Shown here: one piece after another, positions 1 to 9,435 of the stretch
Layout: each line of letters opens with the position of its first letter
How positions within the stretch are numbered: position 1 is the stretch's first letter
Origin: Marsupella aquatica
Lineage: Eukaryota > Plantae > Marchantiophyta
Assembly: GCA_973895155.1 (NCBI GenBank)
Contig: OZ316891.1
Span: 11,840,771 to 11,904,770, forward strand
Length of the DNA: 64,000 nt
Direction: 5' to 3'
Made by a program: the position numbers and the translations under genes
The notes under the pieces: model-generated
The model's input: the letters and a program-made list of their open reading frames with translations, nothing else
Told to the model about the DNA's origin: nothing
Databases searched by the model: none

Positions 1-1749
1 GAAAGTGCAAGCACCAGTGATAGTGACGGCCAGCAAGGGGAAGGGCAAGGGCAAGACAAAAGCTCCGGTTCCAAAACCAATTCAAAAGTTGGCTGATGAC
101 ATGAATCTTACACCTTGGAAAGATATCCAAGGTATCTCCAATGAGACTGTCATCCAAAAACTCTTAGAATGAGTGGTGGCAAAATACATCAGTTTAGAGG
201 AAATGGGGCACGAGGCCGATACGTACAAAAAGCTTAAAAAAATTAAAAATACATTTGTCCAACTAGCGAATCAAGAGAATTGGGCCGCATGTCGAGCTAT
301 GTTTCCCAAAGAAACTGAATCGAAAGAGCTCGAGCGATTTGTTGAGGTCATGGCCGCAGTTGTAAGTATTCCAAACCTCAAATTATTTTGAAGTTAATTA
401 ATTTGATTGTTGTTTAGATTTTAGAGATATTTTATATGATCCAAGTATCAAGTTTATTATTGGACCTCTGGTTTTGTAGTAGTTGAGAGACTTGATTAGC
501 TGATACTGAATTCAAAATATGATACCGAGTATCATCTTTGGTATTGACCTATATGTTTACTGGGAAATTCAGCCTTAGCAATCCCAGACATGATGTGGAG
601 TATCAAATTTGTTATTGGTCATTTGTTTAATCAAGATGTCTTCATTTTGTACTTATAGATCAAACTCTGCTCAAAGAGGAAAAAGGAGCCAAGGATTGGA
701 AATGAGGTTGATGAAGTCGGAGAAGAGGAACTTCCTGCAGATAAGATTCCTCTACGGTTCAGGAATTTTGTGGCCAAAGCAATTGAAGACTACAACAAGA
801 AGCTTGCAGGCGAGGAAGTCGAATCATCCGAATTCACATGGAAGAATGCTGATGGCGATGTGATGTCCTATGCTCTTCATACAGGAGATGCCAGGGTTTG
901 CAAGGCATTTTTGCCACCAAAAAATTATACTTTGGCCATAGCTGACATCCCATACGGTTTCAATGCGGTTGGGTCTGAGAATGACGAGAAGGCATTTGAG
1001 GAGAATGATATCATCGATATGGTGGAGGGATTTGCAAGTGTGACAACAGCTGAGGCTTGGCGCTTTGTTGTAATACATTCTTTGCAGCAGGTTAATAGTG
1101 TTATGAATGCTCTTGGTAAAACCTGCAATGCGGGAATTGAAGCTGGTATTTGGGAGAAGACTAATGTTCATGATCATCCATCAGGTAACAGGTTGGCTTG
1201 GTCTTTGAAAATTGGACAATTGGTTTTCATAGCAAAGATGGAATCAGGACAAGGGAGATGTACAATTTCACAAAAGAAGAGAGTAGAGGAAACATCATTA
1301 AAGTCCCATGCGTAACTGTGAAGTCAGTGACTCTTTTGGGGGAAATAGTAAACCCCTACCAAAAGCCAGTAGCTTTATCACAATATTTTGTGGATCATTT
1401 TAGCTATGAAGGGGATTGGGTTATAGACTTTTGTGCAGGGACAGACTCCACAACCTGTGCAGCCCTCCTCAGTCATCGACATGCTGCAGCAATTGAGTTG
1501 AGCCCTACTCAAGTAGATTTTATTGTAGGGCCAATTTAAACTCTAGACTCTAGGTGGCAATTGACTGAGGAGCATGAAATCCAAGGGACTGGGATTCAAG
1601 CTATGGAGATTCAACCGCCATTTGGTGGACTACAAACTAGCACAGTTATGACTGAGGTTGTCGAGTACGAGGACCATGTAGAGGATGAGGTAGTAGAAGC
1701 ACCTGAGGAAGATCATCCAGCTAATTTTGATGATATGTTGGAAGATTAA
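1..1749 (+). pseudogene. Beta-class N4-cytosine/N6-adenine DNA methyltransferase (N6_N4_Mtase-like), transposon-associated; 5' end outside window; disrupted
   Basis: Motif IV-like 'LAIADIPYG' (~930-955) precedes 'NPYQKPVAL' and motif I-like 'GDWVIDFCAGTDST...AAAIELS' (~1350-1500), i.e. beta-class order. GT-AG intron 362-658 joins the 173 frame in phase to the 770 frame. Lesions: TGA 170-172, frameshift ~1203, TAA 1537-1539; acidic tail to TAA 1749. Confidence 0.85.
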
Positions 1750-2069
1750 CTGATTTTGTATCAAGTTTTGAAAGTTAGACCGGTCAATAAACATTTTGTA
1801 ATTTGTTTTCTTGAAGTAATCAAACAAGTATTTCCCGCTGGTAATCTTGGATATTCTCCCAAGTTCCGTGCACTAAATATGTTGTAAAGAGTAGATTTTT
1901 TAGTCATGAACTTTGGCTAGTAGGGGTGGCTACCTTGTCGCTTGCTTTCTAGTCCCGATCAATATCTAATGTGATACTAGTATCATGTTATGTTTTTCTT
2001 TTTTCTTATCTAGTTTGGCTTAGTTCCTCGATAGTGTATGTAACTAAATATTTGCTCCGTCCATTGCAG

Positions 2070-2840
2070 AATGATATCTCCAATGATCTTCCACCTAGCA
2101 TCAGCAAAATTGAGTTGGATGATTTGCTTGCAAAGAAGGTTTTGAACACGGATTTGGTTCCCAAGGAAATTGATTTGAACGATGATTTGGATCCGAATGA
2201 AATTCTAACCACGATTGACAATTATGAGTTAAATCACAAACATATGAAATGTTTGTTACCTGGAGGATGGCTAACATCGGAGGTTGTAAATCCATATTTA
2301 ATTCTACTAAAGGAAAGGGAAGCCAAGAGGGAAGTGTGCAACACTTTCCCCACTATCAAGTGTCATTTTTTTGATACTTGGTTTTACAAACGTCTTTCAA
2401 ACCCATCTTATGGGTATAGCACAAGTGTTGCAAATTGGACAAAGAGGATAGGCTATAGCATATTTGAATGTGACAAGGTTCTTGTTCCTATTCATAATGA
2501 CTCATCTCGACATTGGTCTTTGGCAATAATCGACCTGAGGGCAAGGAAATTTGAATACTTAGATTCGTTGTGTAATGAGGATACACAGGTACTCATAAAC
2601 TTGGCTAGATATCTTGATGACGAAGCACTCCACAAATCCAAACCACAACTTGATGCAATGACTTGGGAAAGAGTCACTCCCAAAAATATTCCTAAACAAT
2701 TAGATGACTATAATTGTGGGATGTTTCTTCTCAAGTTTGCTAGTTGTCGGAGTTTAAATTTGGCTTTTGACTTCACCTCAAGTGATATGGAGAGGTTTAG
2801 AAGAGAAGTGATTTTACAACTTGTGACAAGAAAAATTTGA
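2070..2840 (+). CDS. Ulp1/SENP family C48 SUMO protease domain (transposon cargo; terminal exon)
   Basis: 'GWLTSEVVNPYL', 'HFFDTWFY', 'VPIH...HWSL' (His), 'YLDSL' (Asp), 'QLDDYNCG' (Gln/Cys): catalytic residues intact. Likely acceptor TTGCAG ending at 2069 in phase 0, with CTAA branch-like site at 2044. Confidence 0.9.
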   Translation, partial: NDISNDLPPSISKIELDDLLAKKVLNTDLVPKEIDLNDDLDPNEILTTIDNYELNHKHMKCLLPGGWLTSEVVNPYLILLKEREAKREVCNTFPTIKCHFFDTWFYKRLSNPSYGYSTSVANWTKRIGYSIFECDKVLVPIHNDSSRHWSLAIIDLRARKFEYLDSLCNEDTQVLINLARYLDDEALHKSKPQLDAMTWERVTPKNIPKQLDDYNCGMFLLKFASCRSLNLAFDFTSSDMERFRREVILQLVTRKI

Positions 2841-2940
2841 TAGTTACACAACAAATTTGATACATAAATCATTAAATTGATGCTATTGTAATTTAGGATT
2901 ACACTCAATAAAATCAAATGCTATGATGATTGTACAATGT

Positions 2941-4363
2941 TTAGCTATTGTCAACATTTTCTTCATTTGCCTCCACTAATTCAAGACTGCACTCCAAAAG
3001 TGCAGCTTGTATTATTTGCCTTGTCTTCACTGCTATTGTGTTGTTGGCTAACAAAGCAAAGTTGTATGCATAGACAACTGTTTCTAATAGGTTCAACTCT
3101 GCATGTAGAAGTTTCTTTGATGATGATGCCTCTTTCTCTGGATAATATTTTCCATCAATTGCAGACTCGGATTCACACTCAGTTGTATACCAAGTGATTT
3201 TGATCGTTTGTGGAACATCATCAACTTTGGTTACTATCTTTGTCACCTTGGCCATCCAAAAAGGCCTTCCACTAGGATCTTGATAAGCAGCAACACAAAT
3301 CATGGAATATTTGTTATTGACCTCCATGTCTTTGAAATCTCCCAACTCCGTTTGCTTTCTTCAAGTACCCGAGTACATGGCTCTCTCTGGTCCAGCTATT
3401 TTCTCTTGCAAAGTATCTTCGATAATCACTAGGGCCTCCGGGGTTGGCATCACTAAGCCACTTGCCGATTTGGGCCAAACCCAATTGAAACTCCATGCAT
3501 GTGGCATCCTCGAGATGGTTACATAAAATATCTTTCTGTTGATCAAAAAATGAATACCACCAAACTTTATCATCATTATCAAAATAATTGAATCCTACTT
3601 CAATTGCTTTTCGATATTTCTCCAGATGAGCAAGTCCTTTGCTAGTTGCATTGCCCTCTTCCTCGATCTCATCACTTATGCCAGAGCATTTGAGCGGCAT
3701 TTGTGATGCAACCCACATTGGGGATGTTGGAATGTAGTTAACAAATTCCACTGCTTCTCCCCAACCAATTGTTGTAGATAGATGTTTTCCATGAAATAAG
3801 ATTTTAACAATCCCATCGCTGCTCACACTCCTTTTCATTTGAAATTGTCTTTGATAGCTGATGAGATTGAGCGGTTGTAAAACTTTTCCTGCAAGCTCCT
3901 TGTCATTTGGCTGATCCTGGTCCTTCACAAATTTCCGAAAATCTGCTGTCTCACTTACAAAAATCACCTCCGGTAGTGGTTTGTATGAGGATTTAATGAT
4001 TTCGGTGAGTGTTTCCAACCTAAATGCCCTTTGCTTGTTCAACTTTGAAGAGAATTTGCTGAACATTTGATCAATTTGATCATGAGTATGCCCTACCAAA
4101 AGAAAACCAAGCTTTATCTTTTGGAAGATATTTAAATCTACCAACATATTTAAATATGCCATCACAAATTGATTTTTGTTCTCCCTAGCTGTGTTATCTA
4201 ACTGTAAATACAATATTGGAGGTAGACTTCCTTGCCATGTATTTAGCATATTTTGGATGACATGAATTGTCAAATTTGCATCATTATGAATATTAGGGTA
4301 ATTCAAGAAAACCTTTGATGAAAGGCGACCACTAAATATCAAACAACCTACAACATGTATAGG
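2941..4363 (-). pseudogene. DUF7869-type (DDE/RNase H-fold, Sola-like) putative transposase, 5'-truncated by the CACTA element, frameshifted
   Basis: 'LYLQLDNTARENKNQ...KLGFLLVGHTHDQIDQMFS' signature. Reading continues via a frameshift (~3520) and an in-frame TGA (3361-3363) into the 2941-3345 ORF. Residues of the listed ORF above 4363 derive from the CACTA terminus. Confidence 0.75.
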
Positions 4364-4379
4364 CACTACAACATATTTT

Positions 4380-4860
4380 GCCCTTTTGCGAAGCTCATTT
4401 GAGTCCGGACACACGTTTGCAATTCCAGATGCTTCAAACCGTTGATGACTCAATACGCATCGCAATTTGCGATACTTGTGGTATCGCAACTTTGGTCTTC
4501 CATGCGATTTGCATCGCAAACATTTTGCGAACTTTATTGTATCACAATAGTTTGCGAAACTACAGAGATTACAAAACACATTACAAAGGCTCCGCGACCG
4601 CTCCGAAAGTCCGAAACCACGGTAACATTAATGATGCGAAACAATTAGGATTGGAGGATGTTTGCGAAAAGGTTAGCTTCAAACAATTTGCGATGGGTTT
4701 GTATGGCAAATGTGCGAAACGATATGGATGGTAAAGGTGGGATGGTCTGGATATCGCAAAATAGTGAAGCGTATAGTATGGAATAATTGAGAAACGGTTT
4801 AAATGGCAGAATTGCAATTTGGTTGGGATTTGTTTAGTTTCGCAAACAGTTCGCAAACGT
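4380..4860. repeat. CACTA left subterminal repeat array (TTGCGAA/TTCGCAA motif, both orientations)
   Basis: Many copies of ttgcgaa/ttgcgat/tcgcaa in both orientations. Confidence 0.85.
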
Positions 4861-4889
4861 TTATGTTAGACTTGTGTGTGCATCTAGGT

Positions 4890-5115
4890 TAGAGTTTGAA
4901 TGGGGGAGGAGGAGGGAGGGAGGTGAAAGGTGAAAGAGGGAGGAAGGGAGTTGGAAGGTGGATGAGGGACGGAGGAAGAAGGGAGTCCAAAGAGGGTTTA
5001 CTAAAAATAGGAGAGACTTTAGCGAAGAGGGAGGGAGGAGAAAAAGCTATGGATTTTTTGGAAGAGGAAGGAGAGTTTGGGTTCAAAGAGGGAGGAGGGA
5101 TAAGGGAGGGAGTAC
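4890..5115 (+). repeat. Purine-rich (GGAGG/GAAGG) low-complexity tract
   Basis: Strongly G/A-biased sequence on the + strand. Confidence 0.7.
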
Positions 5116-5263
5116 CCATGTCACTTATATGCATGACCTCTTTTGAAAGTAGGAGTCCAAAATGAAAATACCTACCACACTAATGGTGTATGAAATATTA
5201 ATTAAGAAATAACATGAACAATCCATGATATAGATTTTTGGTTTAAATATCCATAAGTGTCTC

Positions 5264-7045
5264 TCACACTTGGTCACCTTCAATGTCCTCTACATCTGAC
5301 ACAAAAATAGTGTCTGGCTTGTCTGAAACAATGGAACGAGACCGTGGCACATATGTGATGACAAGTGACTACTCTGGGTCTAAGGGGTATGGAACGTATA
5401 AACATTGCTCCAAGTGAGATGGGAAAGTAAATGGCTCTGACGTTTGCCAATGAGATGCTTGAAAACTAGTGGCACTTGTCCTCAACCGTGTAAACCCACT
5501 CTCATCTTGGAGTACAGTGCGATTATTACCAACAAGGTTCACTTTGAACCACTTGCACTTGAAGACATACTCCTCAAACTTAGATTGGTTGTCATATGAG
5601 ACCACCAAAATCTCCTCTATCTTCCCATAGTGTGGCACAACATCACGAACAATGTTCCTGTCATGTCGGCTACTCCGGGAGTCCTGACAAAACTGCCCTT
5701 GAACTCCACAATCAAAAGTATGAGCCCTCTTCTCATCAAGGGAAGAAATCCTGAAATTAACAAGACCCATATATTGTTTACTACTACACAAAAAACACTA
5801 ATCATGTTATGAGGAACCTTTCATACCAAAAGAGAAAAACACACTTATCTTAAGTAAAATGATTACTATATCTTAAGTAGTAGTACATGAATATGGAAAA
5901 CAAGGTTAGGAACTAGTGAAACCTGAAGTGTCTCCCTTGGGTCCACATGGCCGTCTTGGATGTTACCACTCTCAAAGGGCCATGAACAATGGTCCGAATG
6001 TCATTTGTCATAGTAGGAAACTGTGAGACATCTCCTCCTTGTGCCAAAATGCCATCCAACTCAACCAACTTTTCCTTCATAAACTCATGCAACTTAGGAA
6101 AAATCCTTGCCCTTTGACTCATTCTTTTGGCATTGTCATAAAACTCCCTCCATTCATCCATGACATTGCTATTACTCAACATGAATGTATTCAACTGTGT
6201 CCACTCTGTTGATGTAAGCATGCGTGTTTTTGTTGCTCCTGTTAAACGGTCCTCCTCCTCTTGCCTCTCCTCCATCCAAGTACGTGGTAAAGTCCGATCA
6301 ATGGTGGCCAAGATGTTACTACAATAAAACATGCTCTCTGCAGCCAAGTATCCTGTAGCTATGCTTCCCTCCACTCGTGCACGGTTACGTACATAAGCCT
6401 TCAAGACTGACATGTAACGCTCAAGCCAGTACATCCATCGACAATGAACTGGACCAGCAATGGCAACCTCCCTCATAAGATGCACAAGTAAATGAACCTG
6501 ACAATCAAAGAAGGAAGGAGGGAGGGCCTTCTCCAACTTGCAAACCACCTTAGCTGCCAATACCTCCATTCCAGGAATCTCTTCCACATATATCTCCTTT
6601 GAGCATATCCATCTCAACAAACGACCCAATGACCAAATGGCATCTTGCACTTCTTTGATCCCCAACCCTATAATTGCCACTGGCAATATATGCTGCAATA
6701 AGCGGTGATAGTCATGTGTCTTGAGATACCGTGGCCATTTGTGATTGTCCTCCATCCCAAAAGCTTTCCTCAAATTGGCACCATAGCCTGTAGGAAACCG
6801 CATCTCCCCTATACGATTCCGGAATTCACGTCTTTGGCCAACACTAAGCACCCAAGGAGCAGAAGGACGATGTTCCAAACCTGTGGCAGGATCAACTTGT
6901 ACCCATACATCTGGATGCATTTCCAACTCTTCACATGCCTCCCTGAAGTTAGTGTCCTTCTCCCCATAAAAATGAGCTATCAACGCCTTCCCCACATTTC
7001 CCTCTATGTGCATGGGGTCTAAAAGATGGCGGATCTTCAACTCTG
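5264..7045 (-). pseudogene. CACTA TnpD transposase C-terminal part (DUF4218 + DUF4216); Transposase_21 core missing
   Basis: 'IRHLLDPMHIEGNV', 'LKTHDYHRLLQHILP', 'LPPSFFDCQVHLLVHL', 'GPVHCRWMYWLER', 'NRARVEGSI'. Intron ~5752-5921, then 'HYGKIEEI...VFKCKWF...DESGF...EPF...QCLY'. TAG at 5369-5371 where Trp is expected; stop at 5264. Confidence 0.92.
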
Positions 7046-8106
7046 ACCATAAGGGGCTGGTGGAGGACCCTCAATGAAAACCCACTCACAATTTTGCCTA
7101 CGCTTGGGGCGAGTCCCCACAGTACTGTTTATGAAACCAGCTATATTCCCAGTTCGTATGGGGTCCCCATCTATCACCCGCTGCTCACTATACCTCCTAG
7201 TGTTTCCATCAAAAGTATCTAACTCCAAGGCATAAGTCTTCCACTCAGGATGTTGTGCAAGGATCATGTTCCAATGTCTTCTCTTGTAGATGGGTCCACC
7301 ATAAGGAAACAACGTAGGTCCTTCTCGACCGCGTCCACCACTACCACTCTCGGTATCCACAATGATGTCTTCACAAGCAAAAACTCCATAGCCATGTCTA
7401 TCCCCAAGTGTGGAAGGTTTGATAACCCAACGTCTTCCCCAAACCTCTACCTCCTCACCATAGGAAAGCTCTTGTGGCAAACCAAGAGTCTGGGGATCCC
7501 AGTCCTTGATGATAGGAACACATCTGCCAGTAAACTCACAATCACCCCACCTACCGGTAACCACTGCCTTGTACAAATCAGTATCCCCTCGGGGCCGTCT
7601 CTTGGAACGCTTTCTCCCTCTTGGGACAACAGGCTCACCCCCAACTGCCCTAGGACTGGAGGGGGCTGTTGCTAGACCCAAGGCTTGTGAGAATGCATTG
7701 CCTATAGCATCTAGAACACCTTGTGATGGGACATAAGGTGCTGATGCCGCAGGTCTAGGCCTACTAGATACCTATTCCACCCAAACCAAAACAAACAACA
7801 AGAGGTGTGAAATTAAAAACCTTCACCATTGCAATGTGGAAATAGGGTAGAAACTAAGGCGTAAACACTTACCACATGGGATGAGGAAGCCCCTGTTGTA
7901 TGACGTCCGTAACGTCCATATCTCTCAATATGCTGGGTGCATATATAGGACTTTTGGGAAACCTGACCCACGCATTTGGCACATTGGCAAAGCTGACGGG
8001 GTGGACCACGAGGAGGAGGTGCAGTCGTGTGAGGTTGAGGAGGAGGTGGTATATCTTCATCGGAGGAGGAAGAATCTGTGGTGGAGATCTCAGAAGATGA
8101 AGACAT
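7037..8106 (-). CDS. Spliced ORF: transposase-associated Zn motif (CxCxxC..H..G) + SET-domain-like region, C-terminally truncated at junction with TnpD
   Basis: Exon 8106-7873 ('CQCAKC...QHIERYG'), GT-AG intron 7872-7772, in-frame exon 7771-7037 with SET motifs 'IKPSTLGDRHGYGVFACEDI', 'LFPYGG', 'YALEL', 'IDGDPIRTGNIAGFINS', 'NCEW'. Confidence 0.75.
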
Positions 8107-8694
8107 TGCCCCTACAAAGATGTATAATTTGCAAGTTAGGGGTTATTACCAAATAACATCACAATATCAAGCTGGACATGAAACCAAACACAAAAGGAAC
8201 ACTAAAAAATACCTTTCTGAGACCCAGGCTCAGCGGTGCCAATAGGTCTTGTGGCTCTAAAATAATGAACCGAATCTGGAAGTATGAGAAAAGCTGCAAG
8301 TACACAAAGCGAACACCTTACATACATGTCCTCTTTATAGATAGTGGGAACCAAAAATTTTAATTACATGAATAAGCCTAACTAGACCCATCTATTTTAG
8401 TCCGTACCTCCAGATGCCCGGGCTCATACGATGCATACGCATTAGCTAGTATCAATTCATGCAAAAGTGCCGCACCCTGCAAGTTGTCATAGCTCCTCCT
8501 CCTTTGTTAGCATAAAACCCATGGAAAAACCATTAAAACCCAAAAGATCCATAAAACCCATAAAACCCATGGTAAAACAACTAAAACATTAATCTCATCT
8601 AACCTTGCTTTGCCTTTTCCAAACCCTCACCCCCAAACCTCTGACCTATTACAAAAACCTAGACCCTCACTCCCAATCCCCTTCCTCTCTTTTG

Positions 8695-8965
8695 TTTTAA
8701 ACCCTAAACCCTTGCTTGAACCCTAAAAGCCTACAACCATAAATGCAAACCCTGCTTAAACCCAAAATTAAAGACTTAAACCCTAAACCCAAACCCAACT
8801 TTAATCCTAAACCCTTTCCTCACTTATTAATTTTAAACCAAAACCCAACTCTTATCAAAATTAGCCTACACCCACACCATGTATAGCTTAAAAAACGGAA
8901 GGTTTGACTGGTAATCTCGCTTTTAACCCCTAAAAAAACCAGCTTCATCCAAGACCCAACCCTAA
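8695..8965 (+). promoter_or_regulatory. Cluster of telo-box / degenerate plant telomere repeats (AAACCCTA, CCCTAAA) between the divergent CACTA genes
   Basis: aaaccctaaacc (~8699), aaccctaaaa (~8719), aaaccctaaacccaaaccc (~8778), cctaaaccct (~8806), cccctaaa (~8927), aaccctaa (~8958). Confidence 0.55.
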
Positions 8966-9435
8966 CAAACGCCGGGATTTGAAATGGCGGAATTTCTTAA
9001 TTACACAAAAGGGCATAGTATAACTTACATGGCCTAAACAAAAGGAGGAGGGAAAGAATGTGAAAAAAAATTTCGCCAGGAATTGCCACGATATTGAGAA
9101 CCGACCTGCTTCGCAACCTGCTTCAGAATTTGGTCACATTATTTGCGAAGCAAAATGTTTCGCAACAGCTTCGGAAAAACAAAGCCCGAGAGCGTTTTTT
9201 CGCGTGTCTGCAGCTTTGCGAAGGCTTTGCGAAGCGTGTGGTTTCGCATTGGTTTTGGAAAGTTGAGATACTAGTTGCGAAGCGGGCTGATTCGCAAATT
9301 GCGATGCGGACTGCGTCGCAAATGTGTTTTGTCTGGGCATTCGGACCTTCCCGCCGGGTTACAAGGCCCATTCGACGTTTTTTGAAGTGAGGGAGGGCAG
9401 GAGGAGAGCTTGCGCGCGCTTGGTGTTGGATAGCT

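Noticed and set aside
1-1749. Bacterial contamination or restriction-modification operon
   Set aside because: The MTase contains an in-phase GT-AG intron, has no partner endonuclease, and is contiguous with eukaryotic Ulp1 and plant transposons.
4378-4856. ORFs 4378-4734, 4442-4648, 4581-4856 and the N-terminal part of ORF 3314-4579
   Set aside because: They lie in the CACTA subterminal repeat array; translations are repeat-derived (FAK/CE/SQ-rich) with no domain.
8695-8830. True telomere or interstitial telomeric array
   Set aside because: Units are scattered and degenerate rather than tandem (CCCTAAA)n; treated as telo-box-like motifs.
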